Positions 9,842 to 22,702 of a DNA stretch of 64,000 bases are shown piece by piece (position 1 is the first letter of the stretch; the number at the start of each line of letters is the position of its first letter). Source of the DNA: an uncultured Isosphaeraceae bacterium (GTDB lineage: Bacteria; Planctomycetota; Planctomycetia; Isosphaerales; Isosphaeraceae); assembly GCA_963832405.1 (NCBI GenBank), contig CAWHUG010000001.1:375021-439020 (forward strand), read 5' to 3'. The translations under genes and the position numbers were made by a program. The notes below the pieces were generated by a model. It saw only the letters and a list, made by a program, of their open reading frames with translations. It did not search any database and was not told the origin of the DNA.

Positions 9842-10289
9842 ACCGGATCGAGGGAATCAGGTCTCCATTGTCGGCGGCAAGGGCTATCGCCTGCCGACGG
9901 AGGCGGAGTGGGAATATGCCTGCCGCGCGGGGAGCACGGCAAAGTATCCGTTTGGAGAGGGCGAAGCCGATCTGGGTAAGTATGCCTGGTACGACAAGAA
10001 TTCGGAGGATAAGACGCATCCGGTGGGCCAGAAGCAGCCGAACGGCTGGGGCCTGCACGACATGCTCGGGAATGTCTGGGAATGGTGCCAGGACGGCTAT
10101 GCTACCGATTATTACAAAGCAGCGCCGCCGGCTGACCCGCCGGGCCCTGCCGAGGCCCCGTCCCGGGTGTTCCGGGGCGGTTGCTGGCGCGACGACCCGG
10201 GGTGCTGCCGCCCGGCGTACCGGCTCAGGAGCACGCCGGCGATCCGGTCCTACATTCTGGGCTTCCGCCTGGCCGCAGTCCAGGACTGA
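9842..10289 (+). pseudogene. C-terminal about 140-aa stump of an FGE-sulfatase domain, the remnant of the ECF-associated Ser/Thr kinase; +1 frameshift in a CCC run at 10019
   Basis: 'GYRLPTEAEWEYACRAGSTAKYPFGE' and 'PNGWGLHDMLGNVWEWCQDGY...RVFRGGCWRDDPGCCRPAYR' are canonical FGE/SUMF1 blocks. No kinase domain lies upstream. The open frame starts directly after a stop at 9812. Confidence 0.6.
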
Positions 10290-10291
10290 GA

Positions 10292-10365
10292 GTTGTAGTT
10301 GTAGGGTGCGTGAAACGCACCATGTCCCACATCGCTTTGGGATTGGTGCGTTCCACGCACCCTAC
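10292..10365. repeat. Palindromic element, family C variant (GTAGGGTGCGTG..CACGCACCCTAC), preceded by a GTTGTAG x2 tandem
   Basis: Inverted repeat read directly; it shares the GTAGGGTG/CACCCTAC termini with family C. Confidence 0.7.
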
Positions 10366-10400
10366 CTTCTGAGCAGGTCCGGCCTGAAGTCCTCGACGAC

Positions 10401-11764
10401 ATGTTTCTGGAGCCCGATCATGTACCTCGTTCCGCTCGTCATGATCGCCGCTGGGTCTGGCGCCGGCAGGAAGGCAGGCGAGAGTCGCTCGATCCGCCCC
10501 AGAGAGTCGCGGTCCTGCCCGTGTTCTTCGTGCCGCAAGGGGAGTCGTCGCCGACGGAGGACCAGGCGATACGGCTGCACGATTACCTGAGATGGTGCCA
10601 GGCCCGGTACCGGGAGTTGCTGGGGGGCAAGGACACGTTCCTCATCGCCCAGGAGGCGCCCCTCATCTACGACAGCAAGCGGCCGCTGGCCGAGTTGAAA
10701 CGTCTGCCCGAGGACGCCGCTCCGCAGATCGTCAGCGAGTCCTGACGGCTTCCAGACAGAACCGATTTAATAGCAAGTACATCTTTGTCGCCGTCATCAT
10801 GAACCCGAACGACGGCTGGCCGGCGGGGGGCGGGCGACCGTTCAATGGTGGATTCAACACGGGCGGCGGGATCGTGATCATGTCCTCGAACGGTCTGGAC
10901 CGCGCGCCCAACTTCCAGTCCACCTTGCAGCACGAGCTCGGCCACGCATTCGGGCTGCCGCATGTGGATGTGTATGGCTATGACATGCAGACCAACATGT
11001 CGATGATGTCGTACAACCCGTCGCACCACACAAATGGTTTCGAGCCGTCGGCCACGCCCGGCCGGTTCATTCCCGAAGACCGCGCGGGCTGGCGCTGAAC
11101 CGGAGAGTCTTCGCAAACAAGAAGTTCGACCCCAAAGTCGATATGCCGACCGCCTACAAGCTGGCGAAGCTCGTCTGGCTGGGGCCAATGACGATCCCCG
11201 GCCAGCCCCCGTATGCGCCCGTCGTGACAACCACGTCGGGCGAGGACATCGGCACCAAGGCGGCCAACATCGTGGGAACGCGCAGTCGAGCCCAGCCTGG
11301 CGCCGGAGAACGTGGAGAGCGGCGGTACAAACTTCCACACCCAGACCATGTGGCAATCGCGCCCCTCCGCGACCGGATGGGTCGATGTCGAGGTTGCCTT
11401 TCCGACCGCCGTGACTCTCACAGCGGTCGGCGTTCATTCCCAGCACAGCGGCCGTTATCACGCCGCGGACCGTGTCCGCATCGAAGCCCGCCAGAAAACG
11501 GGAGTCACGGTCGTCGGCGAGAACACGCTCGAATCGGTCGACCAGGTGGTCCCGATCCCGCCAACCTCGGCTCAGGTCTGGCGCTTGTCGTTTCATGCGG
11601 CCAACAACACCACGGTCGTTCTCCGGGGACTCCAGTTCTTCACCAAGGGGGGCGAATCGTGCCCCCGATGGTGCCCGCAGGGCCGTGAGCATCTGAGAGG
11701 GTGTACGAGAGGTCTTCTCGTTCATCCTCCGACGTGCTCTCGACCCCCGCGCACTTTCCTGTGA
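10401..11764 (+). CDS. Secreted metzincin-type zinc metalloprotease with a C-terminal F5/8 type C (discoidin)-like domain; at least 3 frameshifts
   Basis: 'HELGHAFGLPH' (HExxHxxGxxH) plus Met-turn 'SMMSY'. C-terminal 'FHTQTMWQSRPSATGWVDVEVAFPTAVTLTAVGVHSQ...VWRLSF' is discoidin-like. The reading frame switches near 10740, 11098 and 11310. Confidence 0.6.
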
Positions 11765-11924
11765 ATGTTCAGCCGGCCGACTACGATGTTGATGGCGTAC
11801 AACCGCGCTCCATCGCGGCCCGCGTCTTTGGCAAGCCGGCTGCAAGTTGTCCCGATCCGGATTCTCGGGGCACAAACGAACCCAATGGGAGACCTTGCCG
11901 ATGATCACACCCGGCGGCTCGCGT

Positions 11925-12062
11925 GCCCGCGCAAACGAACCCAATTCCCGGGCACCGAACGAACCCAATCACCCCTTGACTTTGTCCCGAAAACCAGGTG
12001 TCCCCCGTCACAATGGGCCTTTCCGGGTATTGCGTCGCTTCCCATGGCGACTTGAAAGCCAA
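11925..12062. repeat. Dispersed repeat (about 85-130 bp, 'AACGAACCCAAT' sub-repeats). A second copy in inverted orientation lies at 43420-43590.
   Basis: 11925-12010 matches the reverse complement of 43500-43590 at about 90% identity. The shared GTCGCCATGGGA motif extends the similarity. Confidence 0.6.
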
Positions 12063-12180
12063 GCCCAGGCACAACTGATCCTGTGGTGTTCCAGGGAGTT
12101 ACGGCGTTCCACGCGGGTGGGCCACGGGTTCGTGTCGAGGCCACGAGGGGAAACCTGGGTCGGACATGGGTTTTACGGCT

Positions 12181-14535
<2,355 letters not shown>

Positions 14536-14803
14536 CGCGTCGGCCGGGCGCGCCGCGGAGTCGCCCGTCGGCGCAGCCCCCCGGCCGTCAGAGACTTCAC
14601 GGGCCGATCCGGTCTGCAACCCGGGAGAGGGACCAGTGTTCACGAAGGGCGAACTCCATGACACCTCGCGAAGGCCGCCCCCGACCGGGCTGGCAACCCG
14701 GCACCTTGACCGAACGGCCCCCACCCTGGTCATTATAGGATCATGGCCGCTCCGTCGGCGCGAGGAATCTGACCACGGCCCGCCTCATTTCCGGGACGCG
14801 ACA

Positions 14804-15157
14804 ATGCCGGCCTTTACCCACCACCTGTTCGTTTGTAGCCACATCCGCGCCCCAGGGGACCGTCGCGGCTGCTGCGATCCCACCGGCCGCCAGGACCTGC
14901 GCACGGCGTTTCAGCGCGCGCTCCTGAGCGCCGGCGCGGGTCCGCTCGTCCGCGTCAATCAGGCGGGTTGCCTGGACCAGTGTGAGCATGGTCCGGTCGT
15001 CGTCATTTACCCCCAGGGGATCTGGTACGGCCGCGTCACCCCCGGCGACGTGCCCCGCATCGTCGCGAAAACCCTCCTCGGCGGCGAGATCCTGGCCGAT
15101 CTGCTCATCGCCGAGGACTGTCTGAATAACCCCAGATGCCCGCATCGCGATCCGTGA
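14804..15157 (+). CDS. Thioredoxin-like [2Fe-2S] ferredoxin
   Basis: 'HLFVCSH...CCDPTG...GCLDQCEHGPVVVIYPQGIWYG' four-Cys pattern of Fdx-thioredoxin-fold ferredoxins. Confidence 0.7.
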   Translation: MPAFTHHLFVCSHIRAPGDRRGCCDPTGRQDLRTAFQRALLSAGAGPLVRVNQAGCLDQCEHGPVVVIYPQGIWYGRVTPGDVPRIVAKTLLGGEILADLLIAEDCLNNPRCPHRDP

Positions 15158-15207
15158 CCCCCGGCGCCGTTGCGCACTTTCGGGCCTCATGGGGTAGGAG
15201 TTGAACC

Positions 15208-16110
15208 GTGATGCCACTGCCTGTCGTGCTCGCCACCATCGCGGAAGTTCGCCAGAAAGTCCGGGAGGCCCGCGCACAAGGGTGCCGCATCGGCCTGGTA
15301 CCCACGATGGGAGCGCTCCACCAAGGCCACCGGCGGCTCATCCAGGCCGCCCGCGCCGAGGCCGATTGCGTGGTTGTCTCGATCTTCGTCAACCCGACGC
15401 AATTCGGGCCCTCGGAAGACTTTCAACGTTATCCGCGCACGCCCGAGGCCGACCGCGAGGTCTGTGCCGAAGGAGGCGCGCACCTGATCTTCGCTCCCGG
15501 CGTCGAGGACATGTATCCGGCGGGTCCGACCGCGACCTTCGTCGAGGTCGCCGGCCTCTCGGACATCGTCGAAGGCAAGAGCCGTCCGGGGCACTTCCGG
15601 GGCGTGGCCACGGTCGTCATGAAGCTCTTGCAGATCGTTGGCCCCGACCTGGCGGTGTTCGGCGATAAGGACTATCAGCAGCTCCAGGTCATCCGCCGCA
15701 TGGTCGCCGATCTGGACCTGCCGGTGCGGATCGTGCCGCATCCGACCGTCCGCGAACCCGACGGCCTGGCCCTGTCCAGCCGCAACCGCTACCTCAACCC
15801 GGTCCAGCGGCAAGCGGCGACCGTGCTGTTCCGGGCCTTGGAACAGGCCCGCGCGGCGGTCGCCGCGGGCGAGCGTTGCGCCGACCGGGTTCGACAGATT
15901 ATGGCCCGGACGGTAGAATCGGAACAGTTGGCGCAACTGGACTACGCCGAGGTGGCTGACGCGGATACGCTGGCTCGGCTCGATGAGCTGGTTCCTACCC
16001 GTCGCGCCGTCGCCTTGCTCGCCGCCCGCGTGGGACCGGCACGACTGATCGACCACGCGCCCTCTCTTGCCTGGATGACCCGGGATGCAGTTGAAGCTCC
16101 TGAAAAGTAA
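15208..16110 (+). CDS. panC: Pantoate--beta-alanine ligase
   Basis: 'VPTMGALHQGH', 'FVNPTQFG' and 'GKSRPGHFRGVATVV' PanC signatures. Confidence 0.9.
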   Translation: MMPLPVVLATIAEVRQKVREARAQGCRIGLVPTMGALHQGHRRLIQAARAEADCVVVSIFVNPTQFGPSEDFQRYPRTPEADREVCAEGGAHLIFAPGVEDMYPAGPTATFVEVAGLSDIVEGKSRPGHFRGVATVVMKLLQIVGPDLAVFGDKDYQQLQVIRRMVADLDLPVRIVPHPTVREPDGLALSSRNRYLNPVQRQAATVLFRALEQARAAVAAGERCADRVRQIMARTVESEQLAQLDYAEVADADTLARLDELVPTRRAVALLAARVGPARLIDHAPSLAWMTRDAVEAPEK

Positions 16111-16464
16111 GCTCCACATGGCCACCGCCACCCGGTGCGACCTGACCTATCATGGCAGCCTCACGATCGATCCCGAATTGATGGAGGCCGTCGGGATCGT
16201 CCCCTACGAGGCGATCCTGGTCAGCAACACCAGCACCGGCGCCGCGCGGAGACGTATGCCCTGCCGGGCGTGCCCGGCCGTCGCCAGATCGAGCTCAACG
16301 GCGCCATGGCCCGGCTCGGCGGCGTCGGGGACCGCCTGATCATCATGGCCTTCGCCCTGCTCGAGCCGCCCGAGATTGCCGGCCATCGCCCCAGAGTCCT
16401 CGTGCTCGATGCGCAGAACCGGATCGTCGAGCAGATTGACTACCGCCCGGCGGCATGTTCGTAG
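16085..16464 (+). CDS. panD: Aspartate 1-decarboxylase, interrupted by a single -G in a GGG run at about 16248
   Basis: 'MQLKLLKSKLHMATATRCDLTYHGSLTIDPELMEAVGI...' aligns with E. coli PanD. The C-terminal half is in the +1 frame. Confidence 0.8.
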
Positions 16465-16510
16465 GCTCTTTTGCTCGCAGGCTGTTCCTCTCCCATCCGT
16501 GAGTCCATCC

Positions 16511-17410
16511 ATGCGCCAGGTGCTGTTCGAGATCCCCGGCGTCCACGTACGGATCTTTGGTTACGGGCTGTTTCTCTGCCTGGCCTTGATCGCCTCCATC
16601 GCGCTGGCCGCCTGGCGGGCACGCCGCGAGAAGATCGACCCGGAGCTCATCTACGACCTGGCCTTCTGGCTGTTCCTGGGAGGCATCCTCGGCGCCCGGC
16701 TCTTCTTCGTGATCCAGTACTGGGGCGTGAAGGTCCACCGTCTCATCGACATCGTCAAGATCTGGGAAGGCGGAATCGTCCTCTACGGCAGCATCCTGGG
16801 CGGCCTGGCCGCGTTCCTTCTGTTCTGGGCACGGCGGCGCTTCCCGATGCGGGCGACCATGGACGTGATCGCCCCGTCCCTGGCGCTGGGAATCGCGCTG
16901 GGACGGCTGGGTTGTTTCATGAATGGATGTTGCTATGGCGATCAGTGCGACCTGCCCTGGGCCGTGTCGTTTCCCGGCCCACGGGTGGGCGTGCCGGGCA
17001 ACCCGGATCTGATGATTGCAGGCTCGCCGCCCTGGCAGGACCAGCACCGGCACGAGCTGATCCCCGAGACGACCCGCTGGTCGCTGCCGACCCACCCCAC
17101 GCAATTGTATTCCGCCCTCGACGGTCTGATCCTCTGTTTGCTCCTCGAGCGCTACTACCCGATCCGGCGCCGCGATGGCGAGGTGATGGCTCTGCTCATG
17201 TTGACCTATCCGATCACCCGGTTCCTGATCGAATGGCTCCGCAACGACGAGGGCGCGATTGTCGCCGGTATGACGATCTCCCAGCTTATCAGCATCCTGG
17301 TGCTGCTGGTCGGCGTGGTTTTCTGGTCGGCCCTGGCGCACCTGCCCGCAGTGCGTCTGGCGGACTCGGCCACGGATATTGTCGGCGAGACGACATCGGC
17401 CGCGATCTGA
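16511..17410 (+). CDS. lgt: Prolipoprotein diacylglyceryl transferase
   Basis: Lgt signature 'GGIVLYGSILGG' and 'LGRLGCFMNGCCYG'. Confidence 0.9.
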   Translation: MRQVLFEIPGVHVRIFGYGLFLCLALIASIALAAWRARREKIDPELIYDLAFWLFLGGILGARLFFVIQYWGVKVHRLIDIVKIWEGGIVLYGSILGGLAAFLLFWARRRFPMRATMDVIAPSLALGIALGRLGCFMNGCCYGDQCDLPWAVSFPGPRVGVPGNPDLMIAGSPPWQDQHRHELIPETTRWSLPTHPTQLYSALDGLILCLLLERYYPIRRRDGEVMALLMLTYPITRFLIEWLRNDEGAIVAGMTISQLISILVLLVGVVFWSALAHLPAVRLADSATDIVGETTSAAI

Positions 17411-17415
17411 TGGGT

Positions 17416-18402
17416 TCACGGCACCCGAATGTGATCCAGGATGCGGCCGATCAGGTGGTCGGCGGAGAGGCCCTCGGCATCGGCCTCGAAGCCAGGCACG
17501 ACGCGATGACGTAAGACGTCGCGGGCCAGGCTCTTGACGTCGTGGGGCGTGACGTAATCGCGGCCTTCCAGCAAGGCGTGCGCCTGGGCGACCTGGACCA
17601 GGCCGAGCGTGGCGCGCGGACTGGCTCCAAGCTCGATCAGGGGGGCCAGGTCCATTCCGTAGCGTGTCGGGTCACGCGTGGCACGGACGAGATCGACCAC
17701 ATACGCCTTGATCGCCGGCGCAACGCGCACCGCGGCGGTGTGGCTCCGCAGGGTGCGCACATCGGCCGGTCCCAGGACGGGCGGTAAAGGATCGGCCTTG
17801 TCCCACGTCATCAGGTCAGGCAGATCGAGCATGGCGAGTTCGGCCGCGCGATCGGGGTAGGTGACGACCAGCTTGAGCAGGAACCGGTCGAGCTGGGCTT
17901 CGGGCAGAGGGTAGGTGCCCTCGTGTTCGATCGGATTTTGGGTCGCCAGGACGAAGAACGGGTCGGGCAAGATCCGGGTTTCGTCGCCGATCGTCACCTG
18001 GCGATCTTGCATCGCCTCGAGCAGGGCGCTCTGGACCTTGGCCGGGGCGCGGTTGATCTCGTCGGCGAGCAGGACGCTGGTGACGATTGGCCCCGGGCGA
18101 GTCTCGAACGTCCCGCTGGCCGGGCGGTAGACCTGGGTGCCGGTCAGGTCGGCGGGGAGCAGATCGGGGGTAAACGGGATGCGCCGAAAGGGTAAGTCGA
18201 GGGCCTGGGCCAGCGCGGAGACGGCGCGCGTCTTGGCCAGACCGGGAACGCCCTCGATCAGGACGTGGCCCCCTGCCAGCAGGGCGATGACCAGCCGTTC
18301 CAGCAGGGGGCGTTGTCCCACCACGGCCCCTTCGAGACGCTCGAGCAGGGCCGGCAGGAGGGCTTGCGGGTGGGCTGCCGGCTTGTCTGCAAATTTCTGC
18401 AT
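17416..18402 (-). CDS. MoxR-family AAA+ ATPase
   Basis: 'GHVLIEGVPGLAKT', 'LLADEINRAPAKVQSALLEAM' and 'FFVLATQNPIEHEGTYPLPEAQLDRF'. Confidence 0.9.
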   Translation of the reverse strand: MQKFADKPAAHPQALLPALLERLEGAVVGQRPLLERLVIALLAGGHVLIEGVPGLAKTRAVSALAQALDLPFRRIPFTPDLLPADLTGTQVYRPASGTFETRPGPIVTSVLLADEINRAPAKVQSALLEAMQDRQVTIGDETRILPDPFFVLATQNPIEHEGTYPLPEAQLDRFLLKLVVTYPDRAAELAMLDLPDLMTWDKADPLPPVLGPADVRTLRSHTAAVRVAPAIKAYVVDLVRATRDPTRYGMDLAPLIELGASPRATLGLVQVAQAHALLEGRDYVTPHDVKSLARDVLRHRVVPGFEADAEGLSADHLIGRILDHIRVP

Positions 18403-18519
18403 GGCCGATGGAATGGATACCTGATACCTGATGACGGATGCGCGAGTCGATCATCCGTCATGCGTCATCAGGCATCGGTCTCCTTGGAAAGGCGGGACTC
18501 AAGGGATCGGCCCAACACG

Positions 18520-19554
18520 TCAACCGCCCCCCTTCTTGCGCTCGAGCATCTTCTTGAGGATCGCGTTGGCGGCCTCGCTGGAATCCTTGAAGGACGGCTT
18601 GGCCGCCTCCGGGGCGGGTGCGGGGCCGGCCTGAGGCGCTGTCTTTTTCTTGGCGGCGTAGAACGGGTTCGATTCGTCGACCCATTCCTCGGGCGTTCCC
18701 GCGGCGGCGCGGTCGGATTCCGTGCCTCCGGAAGCACCCTCTTCGGCCTCGTCCGCGGCGGGTTCCGGCTCGGCATCGCCCTGGCCCTCGGGGAGCGCCT
18801 CGATGAATTCGATCTCGTCCCAGATCGACTTGCGCACGGTCCCCGCCGTCGGTACCGGCGTGGTGCTGGCCGCGGGCTTCGCCGGCGCCGGTGCGGGCTT
18901 GGCTTCCGCGACGGGTTTCGGCGGCGGGACCGGGGCGGCCGGCGCGGGCGGCGGCGCGGGTTTCGTTTCGGCGACGGGCGGGGCGGGCGCAGGCGCGGGC
19001 TTCGCCGCTGCGGCCGGCGCGGGCGGCGGTGGGGCGGGAACCGGCTTGGTGGCGGACTCGGCGGTTTGCTTGGCTGCGCCTTCCTTGTCCTTATAGGCGG
19101 CGATGGTGGTCGTCTCGCCGTCGTAAACGCCCGAGGGCCGTTCGGGAACCGGGTGCTTTTCGTCGCCGATCAGCCAGGAGGCCACTTCCTCGTGTCCGAC
19201 TTCGTCGAGCGACTTGACGCCCGAGCCGGGCTTCGGAGCCGGGGCCGCCGTGGCCGGACCCTGGATCGACACGGCGAACGTCAGCGGCCCCACCTTGATC
19301 AGATCGCCGGACTTCAACACGGCCGGTTCGGCCACGGCACGGCCATTGAGGAAGGTGCCGTTGCGACTGCCCAGATCCCGCAAGGTGGCCGTCTCGGCGC
19401 CAATGGCAATCTCGGAGTGGCGGCGGCTGACCTCGTCGCTGCTGGGACGGAGGTGACACCCTTCGTCACGACCGATCACAAAAAGAGGACCCACCAGAGG
19501 GATCGTCTTGCCTTCCGGTTTGCCCTGAACAACGATCAGTTGCACTTTGATCAT
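18520..19554 (-). CDS. FHA-domain protein with a long Pro/Ala-rich linker and an acidic C-terminus
   Basis: 'FVIGRDEGCHLRPSSDEVSRRHSEIAIGAETATLRDLGSRNGTFLNGRAV' is a canonical FHA domain. Co-directional with moxR and immediately upstream of it. Confidence 0.8.
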   Translation of the reverse strand: MIKVQLIVVQGKPEGKTIPLVGPLFVIGRDEGCHLRPSSDEVSRRHSEIAIGAETATLRDLGSRNGTFLNGRAVAEPAVLKSGDLIKVGPLTFAVSIQGPATAAPAPKPGSGVKSLDEVGHEEVASWLIGDEKHPVPERPSGVYDGETTTIAAYKDKEGAAKQTAESATKPVPAPPPPAPAAAAKPAPAPAPPVAETKPAPPPAPAAPVPPPKPVAEAKPAPAPAKPAASTTPVPTAGTVRKSIWDEIEFIEALPEGQGDAEPEPAADEAEEGASGGTESDRAAAGTPEEWVDESNPFYAAKKKTAPQAGPAPAPEAAKPSFKDSSEAANAILKKMLERKKGGG

Positions 19555-19817
19555 GGCGAGCATCCCGATCAAATAGGCCGTGCGCCGGAAGAATACGGGC
19601 GAAACCACCGCGCTACGGCCTCGGACGGGAGGCCGTCAACCGAGCCGAGCCGAACGTGAGGACAACGACAATCGACGGTCGTGGTCGGGGGCGGCGTCCT
19701 GTCCGTTCCGTAGCGCCATCATAGTCCATTTGCACGCGAAGAGAACAGGGCCCTGACCTATTCCGTCCCGAGGCGCACAAGTCCAGGCCTGTCTTGCCGT
19801 TCGACGCGGCGGCAAGT

Positions 19818-20563
19818 TCAGCGGCGTTGATTCCAGGCGGCGCTGCGATAGCGTTCCCGCTCGAGCGCGACGGCCCGGGTGCGCTCCTCCGGCGTGACTT
19901 CGACGAAATGCGCCTCCAGGCCAAGCGCCGAGAGCAATGTCCCGCGGAGCGGCTCGACCCAGGACGCAGGGGTCGGATCGAGATCCGCCAGTTCGCGCAG
20001 GCCCGGCAGTTCCGGCGTGCGTCTGCGCGGGCCAGCAAGATCGAGCCGTGCTGGAGGACGGCGGCGTGCCAGCGCCGCTGGGCACTGCCGACCACCTTGC
20101 ACCTCCCAACGACGAGATCCTCCGGATCGCGGTCCTGGAAACAGAGAAACGGGCGGTCGGGACGATCCGGATCATCACCGCGCCGGCGGGCCAGCGCACC
20201 GGCCTTCTGGAGCATGGCGGCGATCGCCGCATGCACGCCCTGGTACAGGTCCACGGCACGGGCCCCGAGGCGATGGGCGCGGGGCACGACCACGGTATAG
20301 GTGATCTCATGCTCATGCCAGATCGCGCCGCCGCCCGTGGCTCGGCGCACGACGGCCGCGCCTTGCCAGCGCGGATCGGCCGTCGCGCTGAACTCCTGAA
20401 AATACCCCAGGCTCAAGGTCGGCTCCGACCAGGCATACGTCCGGATCACGGCCGCGGTCGGCTCCGCGCAGACCGACTCCAGCAACGCTTCATCGAGCGC
20501 CATCTGCGTGGGCCCGGAAGCAACCAGATGCGGCAAGATGCGGCCTTTCCATCGCTCACGCAT
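19818..20563 (-). CDS. Lipoate-protein ligase / octanoyltransferase (LplA/LipM family); one frameshift near 20040
   Basis: 'MALDEALLESV', 'RRATGGGAIWHEHEITYTVV' and 'KVVGSAQRRWHAAVLQHGSILL'. The C-terminal tail is recovered in the other frame (19818-20102). Confidence 0.75.
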
Positions 20564-22027
20564 GACCGTTGTCCGCAGGCGTCCAGCGCAAGCGCGGCGT
20601 CTTGGCTGCGGCGACCTCGTCCGGCCGGCTGATCGGCGTCGTCAAGGGGGCGTCATGCAAGGTCTGGGGGTCCTCGGCGGCGATCTCCAGCAGGACGCGC
20701 GCGAAGGTCTCCAGGGTAGCGCGGCTCTCCGTCTCGGTCGGCTCAATCATGAGCGCCTCGGAGACAAGCAACGGAAAATAGACCGTCGGCGCATGGATGT
20801 TGTGATCCAGCAACCGCTTGGCGATGTCCATCGCGCGGATGTTGCGATCGCGGGCCAGGGTCCGCGCCGAGGCGACAAATTCGTGCATGCAGCGCTCGCC
20901 GAACGGCACCGGGTACACAGGACGGACCAAGCTCATCAAATAGTTCGCATTCAGCACCGCGTGCTCGGCCACCTGCCGCAGTCCGTCGGGCCCCTGGCTG
21001 CGGATGTAGAAATAGGCCCGGAGCAAGATCCCCACGTTGCCGAAGTACGACCGGACCCGGCCGATCGACTGCGGGCGGTCATGATCCAGGAAGAACGTGC
21101 CCTCGGGACGCCGCGCCACGGTCGGCGCCGGCAAGAACGGCGCCAGGGCGCCCGCACCGCGATCGGACCGGCGCCAGGACCGCCCCCGCCGTGCGGTCCC
21201 GAGAAGGTCTTGTGCGGATTGTAGTGCATCAGGTCCACGCCCATCTCGCCGGGGCGGACCACGCCGAGAATCGCGTTCATGTTCGCGCCGTCGAGGTACA
21301 GCAAGGCGCCACGGTCGTGCAGCCGCCGCGCGATCGTGCCGACCTGCGGGTCGAACAGCCCGAGCGTGTTCGGATTGGTCATCATGAACACGGCCGTGCG
21401 ATCGTCGAGCTTGCCCTGCAAATCGTCCAGGTCGACAAACCCTTGCGCGTTGCTCTTGATCGTGACCGCCTCGAAGCCCGCCAGGTGCGCCGAGGCCGGG
21501 TTCGTGCCGTGGGCACTGTCAGGAATGAGGACCTTCGTGCGCGGCTCGCCCCGGCTGCGGAAATACGCCGCGGCGACCAGCAGGGCCGTCAGTTCTCCCT
21601 GCGCCCCCGCCGCCGGTTGCAGGCTGACGGCGTCCAGCCCGGCGATCTCGGCAAGGAACGCTTGCAATTCGTGCAGGATGTGCAACAGGCCCTGCATCGT
21701 CGATTCATCCTGGTAAGGATGGATCGACGCTAACCCCGGGAGTGCGGCCAGCCGCTCGTTGCGCTTCGGGTTGTACTTCATCGTACACGACCCGAGCGGG
21801 TAGAAATTCGTATCGATCGACATGTTGGCGACCGACAGATTGGTGTAGTGCCGCACCACGTCGAGCTCGCCCAGCTCCGGCAAAGGGGGCGGCGCCTCGG
21901 CGCGATACGCCGCCGGGATCAATTCATCGAGCGGCCGCGCGGGCACGTCCGCCGCCGGCACGATCTGGGTGCCGCGGCCGGGACGGCTGGTCTCGAAGAG
22001 CAGGGGGGGTGGATCGAGCTTGTACAT
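20556..22027 (-). CDS. gcvPB: Glycine dehydrogenase (decarboxylating) subunit 2; one frameshift near 21120
   Basis: 'GSCTMKYNP' and 'NPHKTFSGPHGGGGPGAGP' PLP-site blocks. The C-terminal half lies in ORF 20556-21134. Confidence 0.9.
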
Positions 22028-22052
22028 GATGAGATATCTTGATGGATTGAGA

Positions 22053-22700
22053 TCAGCGCCGCACGACCGTCAGCGCGAAATCACCGCCCAGGCCGCATTC
22101 GACGGCCAGGTGGATGTAGAAGAGTGCAAACGCCTCCAGCATGCGCGCCTTGTCGAGCGTGCCACTGTCGATGGGATCGAAGCCCGTCAGAGCGATCAGG
22201 TGGCGAACGATGGTCTTGGCTTCGTGGTCGTCCCCGCAATAAAAGCAGCTCAGGACTTTGCCCCCGAGCACGGCGCTGCCGATCGTGCTCGCGGCGACCG
22301 TGTTAAACGCCTTGACGACCCTCGCTCCGGGTGCCCAGCGTGTCATCTCTTCGGCGACCGACGTGCCCGGCGGCAAATCCAGACCCGACAGGTCGGGCGA
22401 GAGCGGGTTGATGCAATCGAGGACGATCTTGCCCGCCAGATCCCCGGCCTGGGCCACCACCTCCCGGACGACCGGCCAGGGTGTGGCCACGACCACGACC
22501 TCGCCGGCCTGGGCGGCCTCGGAAACGGTCGTCGCTCGTGCATGGCCGCCGAGTTCCGCCAGCAGGACCTGAATATCGGGGATGACGTGCTCCGGCAGTC
22601 CGAACACGATCTCATGCCCGGCCGCCGCCCAGACTCGCCCCAACCGGCCGCCGACCTGGCCGGCTCCCAGAATGGCAATACGCATCGAATTCTGTATCAT
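22053..22700 (-). CDS. NADP oxidoreductase of the coenzyme F420-dependent (F420_oxidored/Fno-like) family, embedded in the gcv operon
   Basis: Rossmann 'MRIAILGAGQVGGRLG' and family blocks 'VVVVATPWP' and 'KIVLDCINPL'. Confidence 0.75.
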   Translation of the reverse strand: MIQNSMRIAILGAGQVGGRLGRVWAAAGHEIVFGLPEHVIPDIQVLLAELGGHARATTVSEAAQAGEVVVVATPWPVVREVVAQAGDLAGKIVLDCINPLSPDLSGLDLPPGTSVAEEMTRWAPGARVVKAFNTVAASTIGSAVLGGKVLSCFYCGDDHEAKTIVRHLIALTGFDPIDSGTLDKARMLEAFALFYIHLAVECGLGGDFALTVVRR

Positions 22701-22702
22701 CG

